A DNA stretch of 64,000 nt from a bacterium (GCA_013360215.1 JABWCP010000016.1:1-64000), one strand, 5' to 3'. Positions 48,603-59,329 are shown, counted from the stretch's first letter. The notes: generated by a model from the letters alone, not told the origin. Program-made: numbers and translations.

Positions 48603-50151
48603 TAGAGTTCTTTTTTTTAAATGGTAGTTTTCTGAGAATCTTATTCAAAATCATTCGATCATCTTGAGTTAGTCCCAATAGAATTAAAACGCTAACGTAT
48701 AGGACGGCGAACATGATTATATGGATTAAAAAAGTGAGATCATAAAAGGGTAATTGATACCAGCTCGAAAAAGCGACAATGATAAAAGCCGAAATTAACG
48801 TTGCAACAAAAGGTTTTAATAATAAAAAATCAAATGGATGTATTTTTAGTATATACAACGTTTCGACAGTCGTGAGTATTGTCAAAAACGCTATTGAAAA
48901 AAAATTTCCGATCGCTGCGCCATACATCCCATAGTTTTGAATTAAAATAGGCATTAGAACTAAGTTGATGACGGCCATTACTATGGAGTTAATAACATTA
49001 ATGCGCACACGCCCTGTCATAAGTATGACATTTCCTGATAGACCCAAAAAATCATGAATCAAATTTCCAATACTCAAAATGGCCACTAACTCAAAGCCAG
49101 CTGTAAATTCTTTACCAAAGACCCCGAGAATGTCTTTACTAAAAAGTATGATAATCAAGCATATAGGTAAACTAAGCGTAACACTCCACTTAGTTGCAGT
49201 TTTATATAATTGGTTTAGCTCTTGTATTTTGCCAGCAGTATACAACTCTGCCGCCATTGGACCAAAAACTGAGGAAATCGAGTAATGTGGTAGGTAAATT
49301 AATGGTTGTAGACGCAGAGCTAGTGTGTATATCCCAATCTCCGGTAATGTAGCGTAATATCCCAGAAAAAGAATATCAAGTTGGTAGGTGTATTTACTTA
49401 AAAGCGAATTAGCGAAGAGCGCCGAAGAAAACTTTATCATTTTCTTCTTTTCTATTTCAACGGGTATTGATCTATCCCTGAGCTCAGGAACTATCCGAAA
49501 AAGATAAAATGCCGAAACAGTAAGCACGACAATATCTTGAATAATATTCGAACCAAGTGCTGCGTAGAGGTTAAAATCCAACAACAATAAAGATACAAGA
49601 CTTATAATTTTGGCAGCTGGACCTAACACATCATTTGCCAAAACTTTGTATTGAACAAACTGATATCCCACTAGTGATGATAGAAATGCCTGATATAATG
49701 CTGTCAGTAATATTGAGACAGCGTAAAATTGAAACGCTTTTGTAACAAAATTTGAGAAATATTCTTCCGAAACAGTCTCAGGTCTATGGATAAATAAATC
49801 GCAAAATACATCAGGGAAGAATAGAATAAAACATGCTGCCATCGCACTCATCACTACAGAGACGCGGATGGTCGTAAATACAGACCCTTTAATTAATGAT
49901 TTTGACCCTATGGCTTTGTAAGTGGGTATAAATCGTAAATTCATTCCATTAAAACCAAAGCTGGATAAATTAGCAAGCATGGATCCCCACGACTGAACTA
50001 ATGAAAATATTCCATATAACTCTGCTCCTAGAAAGCGAGTTGTAATGACACTTGTAATAGGTGCCCAAATTAGACCGAAAACACTTCCAATACCAGAAAT
50101 AGCAAAGTTTTTGGCTAATTTAGTTATATTTTTTTGTCGAGCGTCGCCCAA
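48595..50151 (-). CDS. wzx: Wzx-type oligosaccharide flippase
   Basis: R.LG.E.YG.F, D..FLG..IGIY..A and YG.YGAA motifs; many TMs; TTG start with GAGG. Confidence 0.9.
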   Translation of the reverse strand: MGDARQKNITKLAKNFAISGIGSVFGLIWAPITSVITTRFLGAELYGIFSLVQSWGSMLANLSSFGFNGMNLRFIPTYKAIGSKSLIKGSVFTTIRVSVVMSAMAACFILFFPDVFCDLFIHRPETVSEEYFSNFVTKAFQFYAVSILLTALYQAFLSSLVGYQFVQYKVLANDVLGPAAKIISLVSLLLLDFNLYAALGSNIIQDIVVLTVSAFYLFRIVPELRDRSIPVEIEKKKMIKFSSALFANSLLSKYTYQLDILFLGYYATLPEIGIYTLALRLQPLIYLPHYSISSVFGPMAAELYTAGKIQELNQLYKTATKWSVTLSLPICLIIILFSKDILGVFGKEFTAGFELVAILSIGNLIHDFLGLSGNVILMTGRVRINVINSIVMAVINLVLMPILIQNYGMYGAAIGNFFSIAFLTILTTVETLYILKIHPFDFLLLKPFVATLISAFIIVAFSSWYQLPFYDLTFLIHIIMFAVLYVSVLILLGLTQDDRMILNKILRKLPFKKKNSNE

Positions 50152-50219
50152 AGAACCTCATCTTAAGGATTCACCAATGGTAGGTGAGAAAATTAAATAA
50201 AGAAAGTAGCGATAGACCA

Positions 50220-51167
50220 CTATGTCGACCGAAAATAATCGACAAATCGCTCTATTCCGATATTAATACTAACCGATGGTTTATACCCTATTAACCTTTT
50301 AGCTTTACTTATATCCGCATATGTTTTCTGTACATCCCCCGGCTGATTGGGCATCCACCGAATTTGAGCTTTTTTTCCTAGTGCTTTTTCTATCGTATTG
50401 ACCAGGTCTATGAGAGAAATCGTTTGCGATTCGCCGAGATTTAATATTTCATATCCGCGAAGACCGTCAATGCATTGCATTATCCCATGAACAATATCAT
50501 CCACATACGTATAATCGCGAAACGTCTGTCCATCACCAAATAAAGTGATCGGTTTGCCTTCATCTATCAAACGGGTAAACAAATGAATCGCCATCTCAGG
50601 CCTTTGGCGAGGGCCATACACCGTAAAAAATCGTAAGCAAAACGCATCGATCCCAAATAAATGATGATAGGTATAAGCCAAAACTTCACATGCCTTTTTG
50701 GTCGCGGCATATGGTGATATGGCATGATCTACATTGTCTGTCTCATGGTAAGGAACTTTTTCATTATTACCATACACGGATGAAGAGGACGCGAGTAGGA
50801 GTTTCTTTACATTGTGGGCTCGCATCGCTTCCAAAATATTCATCGTACCCTCAACATTGACCTTCTGATAAATTTTGGGATCTTGGATGGAGGGACGCAC
50901 CCCGGCACGTGCCGCCAAATGAATTACCAAATCAAGCTTCGATTCGGAAAAAATACGACTCATCAAATCAGCGTCTAGAATATCACCACGTAACAACCGA
51001 AAACCGGGACTTTGAATAGCGTTAGTAAGATTTTTTTCTTTAATCGCAGGATCATAAAAATGATCAAAATTATCCAAACCGACGACTTCGTGGCCCGCTT
51101 TCAAAAGTGCATCCGTAACATGCGAACCGATAAAACCCGCACATCCGGTCACTAATATTTTACTCAT
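50220..51167 (-). CDS. NAD-dependent epimerase (UDP-glucuronate 4-epimerase-like)
   Basis: TGCAGFIG, HLAARAGVRPS, ASSSSVYG, YAATK and RFFTVYGPRQRP motifs. Confidence 0.92.
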   Translation of the reverse strand: MSKILVTGCAGFIGSHVTDALLKAGHEVVGLDNFDHFYDPAIKEKNLTNAIQSPGFRLLRGDILDADLMSRIFSESKLDLVIHLAARAGVRPSIQDPKIYQKVNVEGTMNILEAMRAHNVKKLLLASSSSVYGNNEKVPYHETDNVDHAISPYAATKKACEVLAYTYHHLFGIDAFCLRFFTVYGPRQRPEMAIHLFTRLIDEGKPITLFGDGQTFRDYTYVDDIVHGIMQCIDGLRGYEILNLGESQTISLIDLVNTIEKALGKKAQIRWMPNQPGDVQKTYADISKAKRLIGYKPSVSINIGIERFVDYFRST

Positions 51168-53425
51168 GCTTTTACACCTTCTTCGCTCGTGCTGATACGT
51201 TGTGACTTGGAAAGATAATACCCGTCGTATGCATATTTATAATAATTCTTCCGCTCATCTGCGTAATCATTCATCACGATACCGATGATGTTGGCACGAA
51301 CACCTTTTAAATTGTGAATAGCATTTTGGAGTTGCGACTTCGGCGTTACGGCATGTTTGACCACCATAAGCACCGCGTCAACTTTAGAAGCCAGAATAAC
51401 TGAATCCGTCAACAACATTACAGGCGCGGTATCGTATACGACGATATCAAACTTTTTCTCTAATTCGTTCATCATAAAATTCATACGCAAGCTGGAGAAA
51501 ATTTCTGAATGATCTTTAGCGTCTCTACCGACGGTAAGTGAATGAAGGTTGTTAATCGATGTTTTTTGAAGTGCCGTATCTAAATCCGTTTGGCCTAAAA
51601 TAATATCAGTAAGACCCGGTTGCTCCTGTATATCAAATAACATATGATGCTTGGCCTTACGTAGATCCGTATCCACTATACACACACGATGTCCCATATC
51701 CGCAAACGAAATAGCCAAATTGACCGCCGTTGTTGTTTTACCTTCTCCAGGACCCGCACTCGCCACAAGCAACGAGCGAATCGGCGAATCAATATTGGCA
51801 AACTGAATATTTGTACGCAACGAACGGTAACGCTCCGATACAAACGAACGCGGATTAAACTGTGAAATCATCGCTTTCCGACGAATTTCATTCTTATCTT
51901 CTTCCTCATCTTTGGTTTTGATTTTATTGATTTTTTTCCGCAAACCCTGTACAGCATTATCTTCATCGCCTACATTGATCGGAGGTATACGTCCGACAAC
52001 AGCGATCGATGTAACCGAACTGATCGCTGCAATCGATTTGATTCGATTATCCATAAATTCTAACCCCACCGCAATGGCAATACCTATAATTAAACCCAGC
52101 ACGGTTCCGACGAAAATATTGGTAAACACTTTATTATAGATCGCTATCGGTTCCTTGGCGGGATCAATAATTTTCAGGCTCCCTGTACTACCGTAATACT
52201 GAATCGACAAACTTTCTTTTTGTTTTATCAGTGAACTCAAACGTTCTTCGTAAACTTGTTTCAACCGCAATAGTCGGGAAATATCAATCGCATCTTGCAA
52301 CAGATTAGGGTTTTTCTTTTCGAAGTTAGTCAAAAGCCCGCTAAACAACCGTGCCTGACCTTTGAGTAAAAAAAGCTCAATCTCTTCCGTATTTTTTTTA
52401 TCCCATATCGTCTTCCACACCTGGCTCATATCACCACTAACCGTATTGTCCGAACCGGTTTTAACGGACGACAGCAGCGTGTAATACTGACTACGCAGGT
52501 CAGCGATTTGACGATCTATCCGCTGTACCTCGGGATTTTCTACAGCATCCGAACCAAGCTTTTCATATAAAACCGCTTTTTGCGATGTCAACTGTTCGAT
52601 CTGTAACTTGATTTGTTTTTCTTCTGAGGATTCGGCTGCCGCATAAGAGGACGAACCCGTAAGACGCCGTTGGATCGAATCTAATTGTGAGTTGAGAGCG
52701 TTAATATTAGAACTGCGGATTTGTATTTGCGTTTCAAATTCCGCTAATTTTTCCTTCATGAGAAGCACTTTAGCCAGAGGGCCTTCCGATTGTTTGATAT
52801 TAACGTCCGTCTTTTTCTGTAGGGCCTGAAGCTCCACTTCCGTTTTTTCAAGATTATTTCTAGTCACTTCCACTTGTTCGTCAATGAATTCAATACTCCG
52901 CTGAAGCCCTTCCCGATCCAGCTCCGTCACGCGCGATTTCAAAACGTCCGTCGTCACTTCAATCATTTTTTTAACCAAAAACGAATCATAGTTCACCGCC
53001 GATATTTCGATGAACTGCTCTACTTCTTTATATGGCTTGAGTGTAACCTGAGATGAGGATACGCTTTTAAGCGCCGTGACCGTTTCAGCATCATTACGTT
53101 CGCTCAACACGACACGTTCGAGTTCCTTACGAAACCGCTGATTAAAAAGATCCGTTGTTATGATAACTTCATAATAACCGAAATCCTGCGATCCTAAGGC
53201 TATTTTTTGCTGTTGAGGAACATTAGCAAAAGCCAGATTGGATAACCCGTTATCAAAAAACAACAGTGCCGAAGAACGATATAAGGTCGGTTTACTCAAC
53301 GAGTAATACGAAACTATACCGGAGAACACGATGAAAACTGTAAGTACAATCCACTTGTGCATCAATACAGTTTGCAGGATCGCGCGCGCGTCAATCCCTT
53401 GTTTATCATCGTTTAAGTCACTCAT
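51164..53425 (-). CDS. wzc: Polysaccharide co-polymerase / BY-kinase Wzc
   Basis: Two TMs flanking a coiled coil, E.YRSLRTN, GEGKTT, DTDLRK, DTAP and C-terminal Tyr cluster NYYKYAYDGYY. Confidence 0.95.
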   Translation of the reverse strand: MSDLNDDKQGIDARAILQTVLMHKWIVLTVFIVFSGIVSYYSLSKPTLYRSSALLFFDNGLSNLAFANVPQQQKIALGSQDFGYYEVIITTDLFNQRFRKELERVVLSERNDAETVTALKSVSSSQVTLKPYKEVEQFIEISAVNYDSFLVKKMIEVTTDVLKSRVTELDREGLQRSIEFIDEQVEVTRNNLEKTEVELQALQKKTDVNIKQSEGPLAKVLLMKEKLAEFETQIQIRSSNINALNSQLDSIQRRLTGSSSYAAAESSEEKQIKLQIEQLTSQKAVLYEKLGSDAVENPEVQRIDRQIADLRSQYYTLLSSVKTGSDNTVSGDMSQVWKTIWDKKNTEEIELFLLKGQARLFSGLLTNFEKKNPNLLQDAIDISRLLRLKQVYEERLSSLIKQKESLSIQYYGSTGSLKIIDPAKEPIAIYNKVFTNIFVGTVLGLIIGIAIAVGLEFMDNRIKSIAAISSVTSIAVVGRIPPINVGDEDNAVQGLRKKINKIKTKDEEEDKNEIRRKAMISQFNPRSFVSERYRSLRTNIQFANIDSPIRSLLVASAGPGEGKTTTAVNLAISFADMGHRVCIVDTDLRKAKHHMLFDIQEQPGLTDIILGQTDLDTALQKTSINNLHSLTVGRDAKDHSEIFSSLRMNFMMNELEKKFDIVVYDTAPVMLLTDSVILASKVDAVLMVVKHAVTPKSQLQNAIHNLKGVRANIIGIVMNDYADERKNYYKYAYDGYYLSKSQRISTSEEGVKA

Positions 53426-53451
53426 AGATATCCTGTACTTTCTATGTGGTA

Positions 53452-54435
53452 TTACAATAAACCAGCTTGTTTGGAAAGGAAAATCAAGGTTAAGATCGTC
53501 GCCGCGTAACTCAACACTTGAAATATCGTTTTCAGCGTAAACTTTTTCGCCGGCACAAATACAATATCGCCGGGTTGCACGAGCGGAACCGAACCACCTT
53601 TGGCCTTGAGAACCGCTTCTACATCGACGATTTCTTCCGTTTGCGCGACGCCGATACGACGTATCAATTTGACAGTGCGAATCGAAGCATCATCTTTGGG
53701 ACCGCCTGCCAAAAAAATCACATCCACCAGATTCGCACCGGGAAATAATTCGTAATTACCGGGTTTTCCCACAGCACCGAGTACATTAGCATATACTGCA
53801 CCATAAATAGACGGAACAAAAATAACATCACCGTCACGCAAAGCAGGCAGTTTCCTGATATCGCCGGTTTCTACTATGATGGAAACCATGGGCACTTCAA
53901 TTTCTTCACGCAAACTTGTTTCGGGGTTGATACGAATAAGTTTCGTTCGATCCAAATCACTGCGCACAGTCGCGCCGCCCGCCGTCGCAATAGCACCTTG
54001 AATAGTGTGGTTACGGGGAATTTTATGCGAACCCGGCTGAACGACTGAACCGAGAACAATCACTTCGATCATTTCATCTTTAGCATAGGCCACGATCACT
54101 TCGGCGCGCCCGCCGATATATTGCGAAAGTCGGGCCGATAAGATATTCGTCAATTGTTCGACGCTCATACCGTCCACTTTGATATCCTTCATGAAAGGAT
54201 ATTTGATGGTACCATCGGCTTCGACTTTGATTTGTTTAGGTAATTCGTCATGGCCGTAGACCACGACATCCAGAATATCACCCGGTCTGATTTTGCGATC
54301 AGCACGTATTTGCGATAAAGCATCCGTTTTGAGCGAATCTTTTGTTTGTGCGTAAAGCTGGCTCGCACTACTGCTCATGGAAATTACCATCAGCAATCCG
54401 GTGACAAACATTTTCAAAAAATTATTTTTCTTCAT
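53452..54435 (-). CDS. wza: Polysaccharide export protein (OPX/Wza, Poly_export + 2 SLBB)
   Basis: PGD.L.V.V, V..DG.I..P, V.V.G.V..PG (twice), L..GD.IFVP and a C-terminal hydrophobic helix. Confidence 0.88.
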   Translation of the reverse strand: MKKNNFLKMFVTGLLMVISMSSSASQLYAQTKDSLKTDALSQIRADRKIRPGDILDVVVYGHDELPKQIKVEADGTIKYPFMKDIKVDGMSVEQLTNILSARLSQYIGGRAEVIVAYAKDEMIEVIVLGSVVQPGSHKIPRNHTIQGAIATAGGATVRSDLDRTKLIRINPETSLREEIEVPMVSIIVETGDIRKLPALRDGDVIFVPSIYGAVYANVLGAVGKPGNYELFPGANLVDVIFLAGGPKDDASIRTVKLIRRIGVAQTEEIVDVEAVLKAKGGSVPLVQPGDIVFVPAKKFTLKTIFQVLSYAATILTLIFLSKQAGLL

Positions 54436-55420
54436 GTACATTCGATAACGCCTCTTTGAGACTAAAATTAGTTTTAATCCAATATCCGACACCAATAACT
54501 ATCTGCGCGGCATAATTGAAAGCATGTATGACGATGGCAAATCCAAGCGCAACCTCCCGATCTACACGAAACATCATAAGACTCTGCTTGACGACTTCAT
54601 GAAATGTACCCACATAACCCGGTGCCGCCGGAATCATCACAGCAAACGAAGAAAAAGTCATCACGATGGTCGCATCAATAAGGTCCAGCATCGCCAGTTC
54701 AGGGGCATTGCATGCTTTGAACATAATCCATATTGAGAAGGTATAAACAGCCCAGATCAAAAAACTCAGCACAGCAATGACTACGGTTGTACCCAAAGCA
54801 TGCGTAAATGTAATTCCCGACACAAAAGATCGTAAAAGACGATCTACGCGTTGCTTGAGACTATCCGGAAAAACTGAAATCATGGATTGCACCAAGCGGC
54901 ATGTGGCTTCCGTATTTTTTACAAGCAGAATCATGAAAATAATAGCTGCTAAATCTATAGCACCGACAACAATGCCGGCCGTTTTGATCCATTCCGGAAA
55001 AGGAAAGATAATTACCAGTACACCAAAAACCGTCAACAACGAAATCACATCAATGACACGTTCCACCACCACCGTTGCCATCGAGGCCGTAAAGGAAATC
55101 TGATGTTCTTTTTTTAGAATATAACCTCGCGCTATTTCTCCAAGACGGAACGGCAAAATGTTGTTGATCATAAATCCGATACTGACATTTGAAAACAGAC
55201 TAAGCGTCGGCACGTCTTTTAAAGGAGCCAATAAAAACTTCCATCGCCAGGCACGAAGCCATAAGCTAAATTGATTGATGATCACTGAAAAAATCACAAG
55301 CGTCAGACTGATCGAAGTTAATGAGGAACCCAGTTGTGTCCAATCTATACCGCGTGTCGCAAGCCATACAAAAAAAACACTAACCAAAACATTAAGCAGA
55401 AGAAATAGTATTTTTTTCAA
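54422..55420 (-). CDS. Lysylphosphatidylglycerol synthase TM domain / UPF0104 flippase-like protein
   Basis: RAWRW..LL, N.ILP.RLGE..R, ER..D and P..PG..GT motifs; TTG start with GGAG. Confidence 0.9.
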   Translation of the reverse strand: MKKILFLLLNVLVSVFFVWLATRGIDWTQLGSSLTSISLTLVIFSVIINQFSLWLRAWRWKFLLAPLKDVPTLSLFSNVSIGFMINNILPFRLGEIARGYILKKEHQISFTASMATVVVERVIDVISLLTVFGVLVIIFPFPEWIKTAGIVVGAIDLAAIIFMILLVKNTEATCRLVQSMISVFPDSLKQRVDRLLRSFVSGITFTHALGTTVVIAVLSFLIWAVYTFSIWIMFKACNAPELAMLDLIDATIVMTFSSFAVMIPAAPGYVGTFHEVVKQSLMMFRVDREVALGFAIVIHAFNYAAQIVIGVGYWIKTNFSLKEALSNVHEEK

Positions 55421-55432
55421 GTTACACTCCGG

Positions 55433-56068
55433 TCATCGCAAATCAATCACATCCATACCGGTTTCCGGCGTGAATGTAAAAAGATTCATATTCATCGGCT
55501 GATCTATTTCGACGTGGGTAAACTCGTATGTAACTTGATTACCCTCCAAATCAGCGTATTCTATTTTTTGGGTGATCCACGTATCGGAAGGCACCCAGAT
55601 CTTCATGCTTTGCACAAAATCATCACGGTCCCGCGGATCAAGCTTGAGCACATAAACCAATCGGCCGTTGATCGTTTCCGTTTTGATGACTTCGGCAATA
55701 AATTTTTCCAAATAATCATACAAAAAATATTTGGGCATAAACAGGCTACGGCTGTTCTTTTTCAGTTTATCAATAATCACCTGATTATTGACTTCCGAAT
55801 ATTGCCACACCGACTCCCCGTTGGTGATATTGAGTTGTTGACCCAGCTCATAGCGAATATTGTTTTCCTTTTTGAAGAACAATTTACCCTGAGCACTCTG
55901 ACTTTTTCCGGTCAGTTTCCATTTGAAACGGTAATCAAACGAAAACGAAAAACTGTCCGTTTTTTTATACTTGTTTTGCACTTTACGGATGACCGACTGT
56001 GCGTCTTCCGGTTTACCTTGGGCCCAAACACCGGAAAGAGCTATCAAACTTACGATCAAATACTTCAA
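55433..56068 (-). CDS. lolA: Outer-membrane lipoprotein carrier LolA
   Basis: G.LFFKK..IRY, NG.SVWQY..NQVII and F.F.P..DVIDLR motifs; follows ftsK; TTG start at 56068 with GGAG and a signal peptide. Confidence 0.88.
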   Translation of the reverse strand: MKYLIVSLIALSGVWAQGKPEDAQSVIRKVQNKYKKTDSFSFSFDYRFKWKLTGKSQSAQGKLFFKKENNIRYELGQQLNITNGESVWQYSEVNNQVIIDKLKKNSRSLFMPKYFLYDYLEKFIAEVIKTETINGRLVYVLKLDPRDRDDFVQSMKIWVPSDTWITQKIEYADLEGNQVTYEFTHVEIDQPMNMNLFTFTPETGMDVIDLR

Positions 56069-56124
56069 ACGATAAACTCCATTCTTTGGAAAATGGTTAT
56101 ACAATAAACATAATCAAACGAACA

Positions 56125-59100
56125 CTAATTCATATACATCGCCATCTGATCTTCGGTAATAAGCACCTGGCGCGGTTTGGCTCCATCAGGTGCGCTTACG
56201 ATACCCGCACGTTCCAGTTGATCAATAAGCCTTGCCGCACGGGCGTAGCCGACAGATAGACGGCGCTGCAAAAGCGAAGCTGAACCTTGATTGTGTTTGA
56301 CGACGATCTCCATCGCCTGATTAAAAAGTTCATCAAATCCCGACGAATCCACCTCACCGCCTTCGTTCTCTTCACGCGGTTCTTCTTTCACCATAAAATC
56401 ACGACGCGGGAATGCCTGCATGCGGTTTATAAAATCAACGATGGTTTCCGTTTCCTGCGTCGAAGTAAACGCGTTTTGGATACGTATCGGCACTTGCCCC
56501 GGCGGCATAAAAAGCATGTCGCCTTTGCCGAGTAACTGCTCCGCGCCGCCCATGTCCAGGATGGTTCGCGAATCAATCTTGGAACGCACTGCGTATGCTA
56601 TACGCGCCGGAAAATTGGCTTTGATCAAGCCGGTCAAAACATCTACCGAAGGACGTTGTGTGGCGACAATCAGGTGAATACCGACAGCACGCGCCATCTG
56701 TGCAAGGCGCGTTATGGATGTTTCTATTTCGCGCGGCGCCGTCATCATGAGATCGGCAAGCTCATCAATGATCGCAACGATGTATTCCAATTTGTAATGC
56801 TGATATTTGCCATCGTGCGGCATCCGACCTTCTTTCCAACGCTTATTATAATCTTCCAAATTACGCACATTGGCCTCCGCCAATTTTTCATAACGCTCTT
56901 CCATTTCTTCGACAAGCGCTTTGAGAATAAGCTTCGCGTTTTCCGGTTTTGTGATGACGTCTTCAATTACTTCACCGCGATGATTGCGCAGGGAAATCAA
57001 ATGATGATTTTTTAACCTGCGATATAACGCCAATTCGACCTTCTTGGGATCCACCATGATAAACTTCACTTCCGACGGATCGAACTGATACAGAAGACTG
57101 GTGATGATCGAATTGATACCTACCGATTTACCGGCACCCGTCGTACCGGCGATCAGCAAGTGTGGCATTTTGGCGAGATCTTCGAAATGAATATGACCGT
57201 CTATCGTTTTCCCCAATGCCAAACCCAGTTTGTATTTGTTTTTCGCATCGCGAAATGACGGATCTTCAAAAAGACTGCGAATCATCACAGGCTCGGCTTT
57301 GAGTTTTGGTATCTCGACTTGTATCGTGCCTTTGCTGGTAACCGGTACCATACGCACGGATTTGACTTTGAGGGACAGTGCAAGTTCGTCTTCTAAGCCC
57401 GTGATTTTGGAAATTTTTAATCCCGACGGTAATTCCAGTTGATAAATAGCTACCACCGGTCCACCGTATTCCGTAGCCACCACTTTGGTTGCAATGCCAA
57501 ACTCAGCCAGCTTGGCGATGATCTGTTCAACTTTTGTATTAAGGTAGCCGATTTCTTCCGGAGTTAATTTTTCAAGTGACTGCGTAGGCTCCAGCAAATC
57601 AATAGAAGGAAACTTATATTTTTTTCGCGCTTGTGAATTTTCTTTATCAAAATCAATCGCGGGTTCGGGTTTCGGCGCTTCCTTTTTTACGGCTTTGACC
57701 GACGCCGCCAAAGCCTCCGCTTCTTGTGCTGTTTCGGGAAGAGTCACTTCCGGTTGCGGCTCTTCCTGCGTTACGGGATTAACATCGTTCGATGATAGTT
57801 GTGATGCATCCGTACTGTCCGACACGATCGTATGAATATCTTCTTTTGGCGCTTCTTGGGTTTCGACAATATCTTCGATTTTTACCGTTTGTGTTTTCGG
57901 TTTACGCGCCGGCTTCATATCAAGACGCGTTTTTGCACGTTCAAGCTCGGCTGTTTCTTCTTTGACCCATTCTTTCTCCCACTCAATATGTTGATGCTCC
58001 GCATCAAACATACTGCGGGCAAGGTCTTTGAAGTCGGCATCCGCCATATCAAGATCGGCATCTTCCGGTCTTATCGTCAAATCTTTTGCTGGTTCGACCA
58101 CACGCGGTTTCGGGCTCTCAGTAACAGGTGTATTTGCGGGCGCCGTCGTTTCTTCCTGAGGCAAATCCTGATGGGAATCGGTATGACCTGCGGATGCTGA
58201 AAGTTCTTCCAGCTTGGTGCGATTAATCGAGAATTTTTTATCAATATGTCCGATCGCTTTGAGATCTCGGACAAACTGCGTATCCATCCCTAAATCTGTT
58301 CCCGTGATTGCATCGCGTTTAGGCTCCTCTGCTTTAGCCTGCACGGCGACCAATTCTTCCGGTGCTTTTTCTTCCTTGATCGCCGGGGCAATCGTCGTAC
58401 TTTGTTTCGTTGTGACCTGAGGAATTTCTGTTTTTACCGGTTCGTTAACTTTTTCAGTTTTTGCAGACGTCGGGGATACTGACGTTTTAATGGTTTTTTT
58501 CTGCAAGTACTCAGGGATTAGCGGTTTTTCAGCAGCATCTTCACTGACATTGTCAGGCTCATCCTCAGAAACTTCACTCTCTTTTTCCAACAACTCCTGC
58601 TGACGGGATTTGAATTTGGAAATCGTGCCGGTCGTCGTGCGATACGATGTGAAAAGAATATTTTTGATCGCAGGGATAAGATCGGCGATACTCACGCGGG
58701 TAACCATCGTAATCCAGATGAGCGAAAAAACAACCCAGATCGTCACGCTGCCAAAGCCGCCAAGCCACGTGTACAGCTGATGCGCGAGCATACCGCCCAA
58801 CATGCCGCTCGCATTCCAGTTTTCGGAATGATCCAACGCACCCGGTATCGCCAGCCACGTTGAAACAATCAACATCAGCGTGAGGATATAAAACGCAAAC
58901 TGATTGACGAGAAAAATGCTTTTGTGCGTAAAGAAGAGCCAACCATATACCAAAAATAAAATCGGTACTGCAACAAAGGGGTAACCGAAGGTATAACCTA
59001 CCAAATAATGAGATAACATCGCACCGACCGGACCGAGCAGGTTTTGCAATTGCCCAGCCCTCCAAAGCTCCATGATCGTGCCGGGTTGTTCATTAGCAAC

Positions 59101-59286
59101 ATGCGTCACAACCGACAAAATAGACAATAAACTCACGGTCATCAGCAGCAAACCAAAGATTTCTTCTTTGAGTTTGATGCCAAGATTGAGTTTCAGCCCC
59201 TTTGGCGGCTGCGGCTTTTGAGGTATCTTACCTTTCGGCGATTCGGCCGCTTTGGGTTTGGGATTATTTTTTTTCTTTGACGCCAT
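56125..59286 (-). CDS. ftsK: DNA translocase FtsK
   Basis: N-terminal TMs, long linker, MPHLLIAGTTGAGKS, IDELADLM, ATQRPS and gamma domain SASLLQRR..GY.RAAR. Confidence 0.97.
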   Translation of the reverse strand: MASKKKNNPKPKAAESPKGKIPQKPQPPKGLKLNLGIKLKEEIFGLLLMTVSLLSILSVVTHVANEQPGTIMELWRAGQLQNLLGPVGAMLSHYLVGYTFGYPFVAVPILFLVYGWLFFTHKSIFLVNQFAFYILTLMLIVSTWLAIPGALDHSENWNASGMLGGMLAHQLYTWLGGFGSVTIWVVFSLIWITMVTRVSIADLIPAIKNILFTSYRTTTGTISKFKSRQQELLEKESEVSEDEPDNVSEDAAEKPLIPEYLQKKTIKTSVSPTSAKTEKVNEPVKTEIPQVTTKQSTTIAPAIKEEKAPEELVAVQAKAEEPKRDAITGTDLGMDTQFVRDLKAIGHIDKKFSINRTKLEELSASAGHTDSHQDLPQEETTAPANTPVTESPKPRVVEPAKDLTIRPEDADLDMADADFKDLARSMFDAEHQHIEWEKEWVKEETAELERAKTRLDMKPARKPKTQTVKIEDIVETQEAPKEDIHTIVSDSTDASQLSSNDVNPVTQEEPQPEVTLPETAQEAEALAASVKAVKKEAPKPEPAIDFDKENSQARKKYKFPSIDLLEPTQSLEKLTPEEIGYLNTKVEQIIAKLAEFGIATKVVATEYGGPVVAIYQLELPSGLKISKITGLEDELALSLKVKSVRMVPVTSKGTIQVEIPKLKAEPVMIRSLFEDPSFRDAKNKYKLGLALGKTIDGHIHFEDLAKMPHLLIAGTTGAGKSVGINSIITSLLYQFDPSEVKFIMVDPKKVELALYRRLKNHHLISLRNHRGEVIEDVITKPENAKLILKALVEEMEERYEKLAEANVRNLEDYNKRWKEGRMPHDGKYQHYKLEYIVAIIDELADLMMTAPREIETSITRLAQMARAVGIHLIVATQRPSVDVLTGLIKANFPARIAYAVRSKIDSRTILDMGGAEQLLGKGDMLFMPPGQVPIRIQNAFTSTQETETIVDFINRMQAFPRRDFMVKEEPREENEGGEVDSSGFDELFNQAMEIVVKHNQGSASLLQRRLSVGYARAARLIDQLERAGIVSAPDGAKPRQVLITEDQMAMYMN

Positions 59287-59329
59287 TCAAATGTTATTAG
59301 AATTCATATTTAACCAAGACGCCTTGTCT

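Noticed and set aside
57620-58640. Long acidic/Pro-rich FtsK linker as a novel domain
   Set aside because: Long variable linkers are normal for FtsK.
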